DNA from: Nemertoderma westbladi
Taxonomy: Eukaryota > Animalia > Xenacoelomorpha
Assembly (NCBI GenBank): GCA_032718475.1
Contig: JAUCBJ010002226.1
Span: forward strand, 1-57,404
DNA: 57,404 bases
Direction of reading: 5' to 3'
Below, piece after piece: positions 10,966-23,280 of the stretch. The stretch's first letter is position 1, and the number at the start of each line of letters is the position of its first letter. The position numbers and the translations under genes were made by a program. Under the pieces are notes generated by a model, which did not search any database, was not told the DNA's origin, and worked only from the letters and a program-made list of their open reading frames with translations.

Positions 10966-11783
10966 GGTAAGATGGTGAGCCAAGGTAGCTGACGAGTTAG
11001 ATGGCAGACTTGGTAAGATGGTGAGCCAAGGTAGCTGACGAGTTAGATGGCAGACTTGGTAAGATGGTGAGCCAAGGTAGCTAACGAGTTAGATGGCAGA
11101 CTTTGTAAGATGGTGAGCCAAGGTAGCTGACGAGTTAGATGGCAGACTTGGTAAGATAGTGAGCCAAGGTAGCTGACGAGTTAGATGGCAGACTTGGTAA
11201 GATGGTGAGCCAAGGTAGCTGACGAGTTAGATGGCAGACTTGGTAAGATAGTGAGCCAAGGTAGCTGACGAGTTAGATGGCAGACTTGGTAAGATGGTGA
11301 GCCAAGGTAGCTGACGAGTTAGATGGCAGACTTGGTAAGATGGTGAGCCAAGGTAGCTGACGAGTTAGATGGCAGACTTGGTAAGATGGTGAGCCAAGGT
11401 AGCTGACGAGTTAGATGGCAGACTTGGTAAGATGGTGAGCCAAGGTAGCTGACGAGTTAGATGGCAGACTTGGTAAGATAGTGAGCCAAGGTAGCTGACG
11501 AGTTAGATGGCAGACTTGGTAAGATGGTGAGCCAAGGTAGCTGACGAGTTAGATGGCAGACTTGGTAAGATGGTGAGCCAAGGTAGCTGACGAGTTAGAT
11601 GGCAGACTTGGTAAGATGGTGAGCCAAGGTAGCTGACGAGTTAGATGGCAGACTTGGTAAGATGGTGAGCCAAGGTAGCTGACGAGTTAGATGGCAGACT
11701 TGGTAAGATGGTGAGCCAAGGTAGCTGACTAGTTAGATGGCAGACTTGGTAAGATAGTGAGCCAAGGTAGCTAGATGGCAGAC
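10917..11783. repeat. 46 bp tandem array, ~18.5 near-identical copies
   Basis: Unit cttggtaagatggtgagccaaggtagctgacgagttagatggcaga. Confidence 0.97.
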
Positions 11784-12149
11784 AAAGGAAGCGTTTAAGA
11801 AATTATATTAATTCGATACACCCCCAGGCGGGGTAAATGGAAACCAGTAAAATTTATGTACATAAATAAATAGATAATAAATTGAATACAATTATTAGTT
11901 ATTGAGATGCGAGACGGGAAAGTGGAGGGCAGTCGTTTAAGAAATTTGGATTTAATTTTATCAAACTCCTTTAAGTTTGCGAGAGTAAAATATTCAGCAA
12001 TTTCAGGGGTGAATAATTTAAATTATGAATTATAGAAATAAAACTGCCTTTTTTCCTTAAAACCCTTTAATGTATAATCGACAAATAGTATCCTCGCTCT
12101 CCGAAGGGGTAATATAATATAATAAATAGTTGTTTAATCAATTCGACAG

Positions 12150-12347
12150 GGATTATACACCAACTACTAGAATTACACAATTAGCAGTACCGGTGATTAA
12201 GGTTGAAGCGCCGTTCAATGAGGTTCCTTGGCCTATTCGTCACGTCTCCCCAGCCACTGAGAGAGTCTGCGAGATGGCTTTATCTCCACAGCCACACCCG
12301 GATTACCAGCCACCTAAACCGTATGGAGTGGACCCTAAAGCTCTCAG
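12150..12347 (+). CDS. THEG-repeat protein gene 1, internal exon (phase 2-2)
   Basis: Acceptor cgacag| at 12149, donor |gtacag at 12348. Encodes TTRITQLAVP...ATERVCEMALSPQPHPDYQPP...VDPKALR, matching the THEG-type R..(E/Q)LA.P pattern. Upstream exons are unresolved. Confidence 0.7.
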
Positions 12348-13069
12348 GTACAGTTTTAGTATCAGTATCAGTAGTATTCTATCTGCGTCAACGTGGGATA
12401 CTGCAGATGTTGTGAATGTGAGTGTTATTCCTATAATAGTAACCTTAGATGGCAAAAAAGCAAATTAAAATAGCTCGCTAGATTCAAAACAAAATAATTA
12501 TTGTGTGAAAAAAACAAAATCCCCTGATTTCCTCGTTGTAAATGCCAGAATCTTGCACTAATACTGTATTATTTATTACCTTCCTCGAAACACAGTAAAT
12601 ATTGGTATGCGTATGGGTTGTTCTTAGAGCGAATGAGCAAGTGACTGTTTAGATAGTCGAGTTTTACCTTATCAGAAAATGTCATTCTTAACCCCGCCCA
12701 TGTGAAAAATACCAGGATTTCACTTTTCGGTCGACTTTTTATTGGAATTTTATATATGAAGATTTTAAGTGTTTTATAGCGCTTATTTCTGTCTGATAAC
12801 CTGTACGTACGTATACAGTACTAAATCGTTTATTGTTTTGGTTAGATTCAGCCCTTCTGCAACCTGTGTTTTTGGTTAAAACTTAGTATTCTTCACATGG
12901 GGGTATCTCATGTATACATGAAACATTAAAACTGACATTATAAATGTGATCACTGAACAGGAAAAATCCTATAGCGAAAATTATACAATGCAAGTGTTTC
13001 TTTAATTTTGTCGACTGACCGTCTGACAGACAGGTAGACAGCTACAGTATAACTCGAGAACTGAATGAG

Positions 13070-13363
13070 ATTTGGGTTAATAATTAACTTCGTTAAAACA
13101 CAACTAAACTAAAATTTTTCAATTCTTGTTCGGGACATGCAACTCCATAGTCTCCATATTCTGGGAGGGTCGATTTGTGATAAAAATGGGAAAAAAATGC
13201 AAAAAATTGTATTCTGGATCAAAATTTAATGGCGATTTCAAAACTGAAAACGGCATAAATCGACCCTCCCAGAATATGGAGACTATGGAGTTGCATGTCC
13301 CGAACGAGAATTGAAAAATTTTAGTTTAGTTGTGTTTTAACGAGGTTCATTATTAACACAAAT
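13070..13363. mobile_element. MITE/foldback-like inverted repeat, ~107 bp arms with ~80 bp spacer
   Basis: 13070-13176 is the near-perfect reverse complement of 13257-13363. Confidence 0.85.
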
Positions 13364-13365
13364 TG

Positions 13366-14545
13366 TTCTACATATCGTAATGAAGTTGCATGAAATTTGA
13401 CACTGGAGGTGAGTTTCACTCAACTCTTCTTCCGTGGGTGAGCCAGAATTTTTATTTTTGCATTCATTATTTAGATATAAGCGTTTGAAACGTGTCTCAG
13501 ACGGTAATGTACCATTTTCACCGCAGTTAATTATTCAACCTTGAAGCAAAATGAATGAAAGAAATGAAAAAAAAATGAAGAAAATGCAAGGATTCCAAAT
13601 ATGTATCACAATCTGAATTTTGTCATAAAATAGCTGAGATATAAGCCTAGAAAGTTGCAAGTGGTTTTGCAATTGCGTGGAGGCTATTTTATTCCATTAA
13701 ATATGTATTAATAAATACACCATATTCTGGAACATTTTGTTTAAGTATGAATAGCTACGTACTGTAATACTGTAGCATGATAAAGAGGTACCGGTATTGC
13801 ATTGTTGCCCAGCCACGTATGGAATAAATAAAATGTTCCAGAACATTTGTATTTGTTAGAATAGAATAGCTTCTCGCAGATGCTAAACCATGCAAGTATC
13901 TAACGCTTATATCTCAGCTACTGTATTTTTCAAGGAAATTCAGATTGTGTTACATATTGAAATCCTTGTATGGTCAGCTTTCTATCAGTACCAACAAATC
14001 ACAATAAGGTCGACGAAAAACTGAGGTGTAACTGGTGTAAATGGGAAAACTGGGAAAAACTGAGGTGTAACTGGTGTAAATGGGAAAACTGGGAAAAACT
14101 GAGGTGTAACTGGTGTAAATGGGAAAACTGGGAAAAACTGAGGTGTAACTGGTGTAAATGGGAAAACTGGGAAAAACTGAGGTGTAACTGGTGTAAATGG
14201 GAAAACTGGGAAAAACTGAGGTGTAACTGGTGTAAATGGGAAAACTGGGAAAAACTGAGGTGTAACTGGTGTAAATGGGAAAACTGGGAAAAACTGAGGT
14301 GTAACTGGTGTAATATCGCTGGAGACAGTTTTGTTTTAATTGTTGCGGGATGCGGGGGTGATGCAGGAGATTTATCGCCCTGCAACGCCATCAAGTCGGC
14401 TTGTCACCACTTTATACCACTTTTTTTAAGCGCTTGTGTAGTTGAAAAATTAAAGCAAAAATACAAATTCTGGCTCACCCACGGAGGAGTTGAGTAAAAC
14501 TATCTCTGCTTCTAATTTCATGCAACCTCATTAAAATTTGTAGAA
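13366..14545. mobile_element. Degenerate foldback element with nested inverted arms
   Basis: Outer arms 13366-13462 and 14452-14545 (ccgtgggtgagccagaattt / aaattctggctcacccacgg); inner arms ~13587-13738 and ~13830-13968. Related sequence at ~52268-52496. Confidence 0.7.
14015..14312. repeat. 39 bp tandem array, ~7.5 copies
   Basis: Unit gaaaaactgaggtgtaactggtgtaaatgggaaaactgg. Confidence 0.95.
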
Positions 14546-14658
14546 AAATTAGGGGGGGGGGGGGGGGGGGGGGGGCATGTACCAGAATAACGACACTATA
14601 TCCCAGGACATGGTGTACGTACGTAATGGCCTTATACTTCTATTTGCGTTTTTCATAG

Positions 14659-14920
14659 GGCGCTTTGTTCCCAAAGAGTAGAGGAGATGGCTCAGCCAGT
14701 AATTCGACCGGACATGGCTGACCTTATATTCGACCCGTTGGCGTTGGTTGTCCGTCGCAACGCTCTCACTGCCAGCTGTTCCACAAGGGTCAACCAGCTG
14801 GCGGAATCCCGGGTTATTCCCGATGCCTTCGTTCCCAAGAGAATAAGGAAACCTAAATTTGCAAATAGAACCCCCAAGTATTTCAAAGACATGAACATCG
14901 TTGTTCATAAACGGATTTGA
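14659..14920 (+). CDS. THEG-repeat protein gene 1, terminal exon
   Basis: Acceptor tttttcatag| at 14658 joins exon 12150-12347 in frame (KALR-ALCSQRVEEMAQP...RNALTASCSTRVNQLAES); stop TGA at 14918-14920. Confidence 0.72.
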
Positions 14921-15322
14921 ATATTACGAACTACGGAACTTCAGCTGCAACATAGAATATAATGTTTTATGTATAAATTTATGCTGATAATGCTGATAAT
15001 TGTAATTATTGGTTTGGTATCGATCGATGTTAGACATAAACACACGAAGCTTACATCAGTCTTACCGGCTGTGGATGACGGATATAATCTTTTCTTGTTT
15101 ATGCAATACAAATTGCAACCAACTGTATGCTATACCGATGAGTGAGTTTCTAGCTTTTGGTTGTAATCGAATATTCTAGAAACGCCACTCTGTGAACTGC
15201 ACCATTAAATAAAGTCTTCGAAAGTGGGGTAGCAAAATGTGGTAGCGATGTAATTGGGTAATGAGGTAACGAAAAAACCCCAAAATGGGGAGGCACTACA
15301 CTGTGGTGCCATAGAGGCAGGA

Positions 15323-15599
15323 TAAAGTAAAGTAAAGTAAATTTTCTTCGGCCACTAGGCCAGGGATTACGCACAAAGTCTGACGACTTATTTCCAGTGC
15401 GGTCCCCCCAGAACTTTACTCCCCAGAGGAAACTCCAGTACTCATTTAGCTACCACTTAAGGATGCAAGACAGAGATGCGCCCTGGCTGGTCCCTTTAAA
15501 GCATTCGTGCCGAAACGAAAACTGCCCTGGCCCATGTGAGGATCGAACCCACGACCTACGGGAGATGTGAATTCAATGCAACCACTACACCAAGGTGGA
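15323..15599 (-). mobile_element. tRNA-derived SINE with (TTTAC)n tail
   Basis: Minus strand has A box TGGTGTAGTGG (15582-15592) and B box GTTCGATCC (15540-15548), a non-tRNA body and a short tandem tail at 15323-15341. Confidence 0.75.
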
Positions 15600-16295
15600 A
15601 CCTGCGGATATGCTGCTCATATCGCTTACTTCATTCTAGAATGGAGCTACAGTACATGTATGGTTTGATATAAGAGATAGCGGCAATAGTACGGAACGGA
15701 ACACTATACCGGTAAATAATACAAAAAGTGTTGTTCTAAAACAACAATTTCAATAGTTTTCAAAAGGAAATTAATGTTAAATATTTCCGTTATATCTATA
15801 AAAGTAGGTAATGGGTGTATTAAAAGCTGTCAACACAACCTGCCATATCACAACATGGTGTATACATTAATGGGCGACCCCCCCCCCCCCCCCTCCCCAA
15901 TGCATTCATAAGCGAGAAACTAAAACACTAAACATCGACCAGTTCAGCTCTCCTGAAGTATATTAAACCATAACACTAGGCTATTATTCTAGCTACAATT
16001 AATGAAAATGCTACATAAAATAAGCACCAAAATATTTTCATATAAAAATCAAAAGTAAATTTTTATAGCTGTCTTTTAAGACTTACTGATTTGAGATACC
16101 TAGTACAGTAAAAACATTGTGGCAGCAAACAAATAGGACTACATAAAACGGGATAATAATTCCTTATCATAAATATATTTACTCGACAGTTTCCAATAAT
16201 ACATATTATGTTCAATAATTTGAGCTGCAAATAAATTTGGAAATAATAAAAGGGGTGCACCAAATTCAAACCGGTAGCGAATTTATTGGAAGTTT

Positions 16296-18590
16296 TGTAT
16301 TAGTTTGGGCCTATTGTATTAGTTAGGGCCTACTGTATTAGTTAGGGTCTACAGTATTGGTTAGGGCCTACTGTATTGGTTAGGGCCTACTGTATTAGTT
16401 AGGGCCTGTTGTATTGGTTAGGGCCTACTGTATTGGTTGGGGCCTACTGTATTAGTTAGGGCCTATTGTATTAGTTAGGGTCTACAGTATTGGTTAGGGC
16501 CTACTGTATTGGTTAGGGTCTACTGTATTAGTTAGGGCCTACTGTATTAGTTAGGGCCTACTGTATTAGTTAGGGTCTACAGTATTGGTTCGGGCCTACT
16601 GTATTCGTTAGGGCCTACTGTATTGGTTAGGGCCTACTGTATTGGTTAGGGCCTACTGTATTAGTTAGGGCCTACAGTATTGGTTAGGGCCTACTGTATT
16701 GGTTAGGGCCTATTGTATTGGTTCGGGCCTACTGTATTAGTTAGGGCCTACTGTATTAGTTAGGGCCTACTGTATTAGTTAGGGTCTACAGTATTGGTTA
16801 GGGCCTACTGTATTGGTTAGGGCCTACTGTATTAGTTAGGGCCTACTGTATTGGTTAGGGCCTATTGTATTGGTTCGGGCCTACTGTATTAGTTAGGGCC
16901 TACTGTATTAGTTAGGGCCTACTGTATTAGTTAGGGTCTACAGTATTGGTTAGGGCCTACTGTATTGGTTAGGGCCTACTGTATTAGTTAGGGCCTGTTG
17001 TATTGGTTAGGGCCTACTGTATTGGTTAGGGCCTACTGTAATAGTTAGGGCCTATTGTATTAGTTAGGGTCTACAGTATTGGTTAGGGCCTACTGTATTG
17101 GTTAGGGTCTACTGTATTAGTTAGGGCCTACTGTATTAGTTAGGGCCTACTGTATTAGTTAGGGTCTACAGTATTGGTTCGGGCCTACTGTATTCGTTAG
17201 GGCCTACTGTATTGGTTAGGGCCTACTGTATTGGTTAGGGCCTACTGTATTAGTTAGGGCCTACAGTATTGGTTAGGGCCTACTGTATTGGTTAGGGCCT
17301 ATTGTATTGGTTCGGGCCTACTATATTAGTTAGGGCATACTGTATTGGTTAAGGCCTACTGTATTGGTTGGGCCTACTGTATTGGTTAGGGCCTACTGTA
17401 TCAGTTAGGGCCTACTGTATTCGTTAAGGCCTACTATATTGGTTGGGCCTACTGTATTGGTTAGGGCCTGCTGTATTCGTTAGGGCCTACTGTATTGGTT
17501 AGGGCCTACTGTATTAGTTAGGGCTTACAGTATTAGATATGGCCTACTGTATTAGTTAGGGACTACTGTATTGGTTAAGGCCTACTGTATTGGTTAGTGC
17601 CTACTGTATTAGTTAGGGCCTACTGTATTAGTTAGGGCCTACTGTATTCGTTAAGGCCTACTGTATTGGTTGGGCCTACTGTATTGGTTAGGGCCTGCTG
17701 TATTGGTTAGGGCCTACTGTATTAGTTAGGGCCTACAGTATTGGTTAGGGCTTACTGTAGTGGTTAGGGCCTACTGTACTGGTTAGGTCCTACTGTATTG
17801 GTTAGGGCCTACTGTATTAGTTAGGGCCTACTGTATTAGTTAGGGCCTACTGTATTAGTTAGGGTCTACAGTATTGGTTAGGGCCTACTGTATTGGTTAG
17901 GGCCTATTGTATTAGTTAGGGCCTACAGTATTGGTTAGGGCCTACTGTATTGGTTAGGGCTTACTGTATTGGTTAGGGCCTACTGTATTGGTTCGGGCCT
18001 ACTGTATTAGTTAGGGCCTACTGTATTCGTTAGGGCCTACTGTATTAGTTATGGTCTACTGTATTAGTTAGGGACTACTGTTGTATTGGTTAAGGCCTAC
18101 TGTATTGGTTGGGCCTACTGTATTGGTTAGGGCCTGTTGTATTCGTTAGGGCCTACTGTATTGGTTCGGGCCTACTGTATTAGTTAGGGCCTACTGTATT
18201 GGTTTAGGCCTACTGTATTGGTTTGGCCTACAGTATTGGTTAGGGGCTACTGTATTGGTTAGGGCCTACTGTATTGGTTAGGGCCTACTGCATTGGTTAG
18301 GGCCTACGGCATTGGTTAGGGCCTGTTGTATTAGTTAGGGCCTACTGTATTCGTTAGGGCCTACTGTATTGGTTAGGGCATGTTGTATTGGTTAGGGCCT
18401 ACTGTTTAGGGCCTACTGTATTGGTTAGGACCTACTGTATTGGTTAGGGCATATTGTATTGGTTAGGGCCTACTGTATTGGTTAGGGCCTACTGTATTGG
18501 TTAGGGCATATTGTATTGGTTAGGGCCTACTGTATTGGATAGGGCCTACTGTATTGGTTAGGGCCTACTGTATTGGTTACTGTATTGTAT
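16296..18590. repeat. 19 bp satellite/minisatellite, ~120 copies, each containing TTAGGG
   Basis: Unit tatt(g/a)gttagggcctactg. Confidence 0.97.
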
Positions 18591-19608
18591 ACAGTTCTAG
18601 TTTATATTAGAATATTAGCTGCACTCGGATTTTAGAAGGTCTCCTACTTATTATGACTTAACTTATGTTAAAAATTCAATTTCAATAAACCTACTGTACA
18701 ATCATTTTCAACAATTAAATATAAATTTACAAACGAAGTACCCGCATGCTTCCTAACATTTATACAATAAAAAAACCCACTCGGAAGATCAATTACTGAA
18801 CTTAGAGTGAGCGTGAGCACTACTAATTAGCACTGGGGCACAAAGACTACACTTTTACATAAAACATAAATGTATTATCCGACTGTATATCAAAACAAAT
18901 CAAAACAGATGTGGTCCATAAACGGTATGTATTTTGCCAAACTAGGCGATGCAAAAGTCGGCAAATTATGAGCAAATTAATAAGGGGTATTTTCTGCTGA
19001 TTCGCAATCAATTAGAGTTTTCCATCATATCCCTAGCTCTTTTTTAATTGTTTTGGTTCCCTCCACTGGTATATGTAACAAGTTACTTTACTAATACTAT
19101 AACATCGTAATTTGTAAGACAAGACAACTGAAAATATGCGAGCAACTACTACTCTTTGTGGCGCAAGGTTTATTAACATGCGCTGCGCAAAAGGTTACGG
19201 TATATCAATATCACATTTATGCCTCTTTTGGGGTCCAACTCACCCCCTAATACCAGTGCATGCTACACCATGCACAACACTCGGGACCCAATCGAGATCA
19301 ATTACTCGAGCCACCCACGTTATTGACTTTATTGCATATTATTGTAAACATAGGGAATCAGTTTCGGTAACTAGAAAATGATAACAATTAAAAATGTAAT
19401 AATTACCAATTAAATATATATAACCATTAAAAATTAAATAATTAAAACAACAAATTAATTTAAGAAATTATATAAAGCGAGAGCGATACGAATCCCCTTG
19501 GCAGGCAATGTGATATCGATATATTAGTAAACTTTTACAGTCGCGTTTTATGTATTTATTACATAATAAATATTATTTATATAGGAATAATATTGAATTA
19601 AAACATTC

Positions 19609-22600
19609 TTAAGGGAGAATATTCCTATGGAATATCCATTGTTTAAGAACGTTATCGAAAGCCAGAGAACGCCATTGCTGTTGGAGAAGGGAGTACCGAT
19701 CGCGACTGAGGTACAACGGTTTCCCGCGCTTTAAATCCTTGTCCTCCTCTCCGTGGGCGTCGAGGTAGATTAGTCCCCAGGTAGCGGCGCGATTACCTCG
19801 GACTATAATAACGGAGGAAGCGTTGACGCTGAGATAGACCGCGGTCCCGGAACCGCAGGTGACGGAGTGGAGAACCGACTCACTGGCGCTCCGCCGTGAA
19901 GCTGAAACAGACGAAACCGAAACCGACCCCCCGTGGTCGCAAGCGCACTTGGAGTTCCTCAAACAGACGAGGGTACCGCAGACGAGACAGACGGCCGGAT
20001 CCGATGGCTGCTTCCGACACACAGTACAACGCTTTACTCTGTAAAACTGAAAGAATTCATCATAACAATTTGGCAAGTCAAACAGAAGAGGTTGTTGGTA
20101 GGAAACAGATCGGCCTAAGGCATTGGCGATGTTAGTGGAATCCTGGCCGGGGATTGACAACCAGGAACGTATAATAGGAAAGTCCGATTCTGGAATCGCT
20201 TTAATGATATCGGGTAACTGGAGATACGAAAGTAAATGAAGGTATTCCGACTGGTTGGCCTTTTTCGCGACGACCGCTTTGTTATACAAGTAATACCGAC
20301 AAAGTGATACGACCCTAAGGAAACTCAGAGATTCGCGTTCAATAAACTCAACAAACAATTTCTTCGTGGTAATACGTACACCAGTGGGTTGCTGGTCGTC
20401 TGTAGGCCGCGGTATAGCGCGGAACAAATCCAGTAAATGTGCTGCTCCTAGTAGTTCCTGATTTCCACAGACTTCCATTGGCATAATAAGGAACGCGCGC
20501 AGTAGAGTTTGGACGTAGTGGAGAGTATATAGACGGGCGCTAATGCAATCGAAATGAAGTAGAGGTAGATTATGAAGGCGTATGAGTAGCGACATCAACA
20601 AAGATATTGGATCATGTAGAATTAATGGGATATCGATTTTACCCTCTTTATCTTTCGTGTTTAATTCTTTGAAGGAGCAACCAGGTGCGTTTAGCTGCGC
20701 CCATATGAGGCATAGTTTTGGGCACGGAGTACATTCTTCTGTAGCGAGATCGCATAGATACGATCTTAGTTGTTGGAAACAGGAGGCCTCCTTGCTGAAC
20801 TCCACGGCGTTCTTGGAGTCGACAATAAATTCCTTCCCGTCAAGTTTCACTAGTTCAAATAAAAGGAAAGTTCGCAGAATAGATTGCATATAGTTGAAGA
20901 AACAATCCGTGGCCCCCCTCTCGTAAAAACTAGGAACTTCTATAACCTCCCAGGTATTAGTAACGTGGCTAATGAACGGTTGGTCAAGTATGTTAGTATG
21001 TTGGTGAAGAAAGAGGTCACTGAAATTCGGGTATGGTTTCTGCGGCGAGGTGGCGTTTGAGTTGTAGCTCAAGGACTTCGCGATCTCTTGTGATGGGGGT
21101 GTGCCAATGGAGACGGCGGGGACGCGAGAGAACTCCGCAGTGCAGGGCAATGCGAAGTTGGCCAGTTGTCGACACAACGGGCACGTGTACTCATGGTGGT
21201 CGAGAGTTCGAGTCCGCATGGTGTCAGGCATCGAAGGAATCGACTTCATGTAGCGATCCAAACACCGGAGATGCAGGTGATGTCCGCAAGTACTGACCGA
21301 GAGTTGCCCGAGCGAGACAAAACTACTCACCACTTCCAGCAGACATTTCGAATACATTTTAAGTGTTTCTTCTTGCCTCATTTCAACGGCGCTTCGCTTT
21401 GGTCCATATACAGAGTAGCTGTCAGAGTCGCTGAGTTTTAGCTTGGGAACCATCTCCACCCCCGTGTCCTGGTAAGCCTCGCCGAGAACCGAGGTCCACT
21501 GCAGGAACACAACCTTAGCAATCAGATCATCTGGGGTACTTTCCCCATCCTGACTGCATATAATGCAATGGTAAGTTTCTATGTTCCCTGAAACAGAGTT
21601 GGAAGTATCCAAAATGTCTACCCCGGAGTCATTCAGGGCCATGAAAGCTTTCTGCTTGGAGGCGTAATCCTCCATGAGTTGCTTCTGCCGCGCTACGGCT
21701 CTAGTGCGTCTATCGCTGGCCGTCTTGGCGGTGGACTGACAGGGTTGCCGGGTGCCCGGGCTGTCACTGAGACTCTGCATTGCCGCGTCAAAGTTCATAC
21801 CGGCCTGACGCAGAATATCCGCGAGAGTTGGTCTGAGACGAGCTATCCGTTCGAGAATCCGAGTAACGCAAACATCGGCGCTCGCAATAACCGACGGTTT
21901 GGTATCGACAGGCGTTGGTGACGAGCTCAACAATTTACTCCTCAACTTCAAAAGCAAACTCAACATACTCTCATTAATTGGTTTACTTCTATAATAAACC
22001 GCCTCGCTTTCTTCGCTCTGGGCCAACGGCGCCGACTTATCAATGGGAATCGTTGATGGACCAGCGACTTCCATATCTTCCCCGAAGTAGGCGAGATCCA
22101 GAGGCTCCATATCCACATCGACTGCCATGCCGATGGCCTCAATGTAACCGGGCTCGTCGAATAGTGAGAAACTAGTTGCGGATGAGGAGTGAGATTTGGG
22201 TTTGTGCACCGTAGCTGTGGCTGTTTCTGTAACAACCGCCGGAATAGCTGCCTTCTTTATCGTAATACCTAAATTAGCGAGTAAATTATTGGAGGGGAAC
22301 AACGTTTTGAAACCTAAATTACCAGAGTTATCCACAACTTCGTCCACTTTTTCCTCGCAAACGTCCAAAGCTAAACTAAGTATATAAATAGTCTTAAACA
22401 ATAAGTTATCGGGGAACCATTTCTTAGAGTATACAGCTTTGTATAGCAGAATGAACAGAGATGAGTGGAGAATGCGACTGTGTAGGATTCGTTTAAGTCC
22501 GTTATACTGAGGGAGAAGATCCGGGAGCCGACGCATGGGAGGCCATGGGTTCCTCGGCACGGGACCTTGGGTGCGCCCCCATGCGACGTATCGGTCCACC

Positions 22601-23280
22601 GCTGTCTGCACGTCCTTCTTGCCCATAGTGCGGTGTATCACGTGGATGTGGTCGTAGAGTTGGTCCCAGACGAGAGACCGCGGTGCGTAGACGCCGGACT
22701 GCAGGTTCCCCGGTTCGAAACTCGGGCGTTTGAACTCGGCGAGTCGGTTGAGTGTCTCGTCGAAGTCGGGATTGTCGGTGTAATGTCGGTCGTGGTTGAC
22801 CTCGTGCATGATATCCGTGAGTCTACTGTAGGGGGGATCGGATATACACAGTTGCGTTACAAGTTCACGTTCTATCACATCTTCTGAACCGCTCTGCGCC
22901 CTGAATGTGAGAATAATAGCTATGTAGGTAAAGGCGCCCTCGACTAGACACATCTGTCGGTCGTAGTCAATGGGAATACTGACGTCATCGTCTAACACTA
23001 GCCAAGGAATCAAACGGAAACTTTGGAACACGGATGAAAGCAGCCAATCAGGAGAGAGACGCGATGCGCATAACTGTAGGAGGAATATATCCGGGTCGGC
23101 GAGAGATTGGGCGAGGTTAGGCTGCGTGTAGGTGAACAGTTGGCCCTGTATGGTGATACCGTTGCGGGCCCAGAGCTTGGAGCAGACTTCGGTGACCCCG
23201 GACAGGACCGAGAGCGGGAAGCAAGCGATTAGTTGGAGAAAGTCAAGGGAAATAAACTCAGGTATGTCCTCGGAGTACAC
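19609..23280 (-). CDS. ubr3: E3 ubiquitin ligase UBR3-like, coding exon 2
   Basis: Acceptor tttcag| at 23281, phase 0. Split RING-H2 (CIIC...CGHHLHLRC...CPLC) and UBR C-terminal domain (CTVC...CLVCG...YLDAHGEEDKDLKRGKPLYLS). Confidence 0.9.
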   Translation of the reverse strand: MYSEDIPEFISLDFLQLIACFPLSVLSGVTEVCSKLWARNGITIQGQLFTYTQPNLAQSLADPDIFLLQLCASRLSPDWLLSSVFQSFRLIPWLVLDDDVSIPIDYDRQMCLVEGAFTYIAIILTFRAQSGSEDVIERELVTQLCISDPPYSRLTDIMHEVNHDRHYTDNPDFDETLNRLAEFKRPSFEPGNLQSGVYAPRSLVWDQLYDHIHVIHRTMGKKDVQTAVDRYVAWGRTQGPVPRNPWPPMRRLPDLLPQYNGLKRILHSRILHSSLFILLYKAVYSKKWFPDNLLFKTIYILSLALDVCEEKVDEVVDNSGNLGFKTLFPSNNLLANLGITIKKAAIPAVVTETATATVHKPKSHSSSATSFSLFDEPGYIEAIGMAVDVDMEPLDLAYFGEDMEVAGPSTIPIDKSAPLAQSEESEAVYYRSKPINESMLSLLLKLRSKLLSSSPTPVDTKPSVIASADVCVTRILERIARLRPTLADILRQAGMNFDAAMQSLSDSPGTRQPCQSTAKTASDRRTRAVARQKQLMEDYASKQKAFMALNDSGVDILDTSNSVSGNIETYHCIICSQDGESTPDDLIAKVVFLQWTSVLGEAYQDTGVEMVPKLKLSDSDSYSVYGPKRSAVEMRQEETLKMYSKCLLEVVSSFVSLGQLSVSTCGHHLHLRCLDRYMKSIPSMPDTMRTRTLDHHEYTCPLCRQLANFALPCTAEFSRVPAVSIGTPPSQEIAKSLSYNSNATSPQKPYPNFSDLFLHQHTNILDQPFISHVTNTWEVIEVPSFYERGATDCFFNYMQSILRTFLLFELVKLDGKEFIVDSKNAVEFSKEASCFQQLRSYLCDLATEECTPCPKLCLIWAQLNAPGCSFKELNTKDKEGKIDIPLILHDPISLLMSLLIRLHNLPLLHFDCISARLYTLHYVQTLLRAFLIMPMEVCGNQELLGAAHLLDLFRAIPRPTDDQQPTGVRITTKKLFVEFIERESLSFLRVVSLCRYYLYNKAVVAKKANQSEYLHLLSYLQLPDIIKAIPESDFPIIRSWLSIPGQDSTNIANALGRSVSYQQPLLFDLPNCYDEFFQFYRVKRCTVCRKQPSDPAVCLVCGTLVCLRNSKCACDHGGSVSVSSVSASRRSASESVLHSVTCGSGTAVYLSVNASSVIIVRGNRAATWGLIYLDAHGEEDKDLKRGKPLYLSRDRYSLLQQQWRSLAFDNVLKQWIFHRNILP

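Noticed and set aside
10917-11783. CRISPR array or tandem hammerhead ribozymes (CTGACGA present)
   Set aside because: No unique spacers or cas genes; no GAAA core or closing stems; the unit derives from LINE-like coding sequence.
13970-14497. CNWCKWENW-repeat protein
   Set aside because: A 39 bp array inside an intronic foldback element.
15528-15599. Functional tRNA gene (also 42937-43008)
   Set aside because: Cloverleaf pairing is degraded and both continue into SINE-type bodies and tails.
16296-18590. Telomere or interstitial telomeric array
   Set aside because: TTAGGG occurs once per 19 bp unit and never in tandem.
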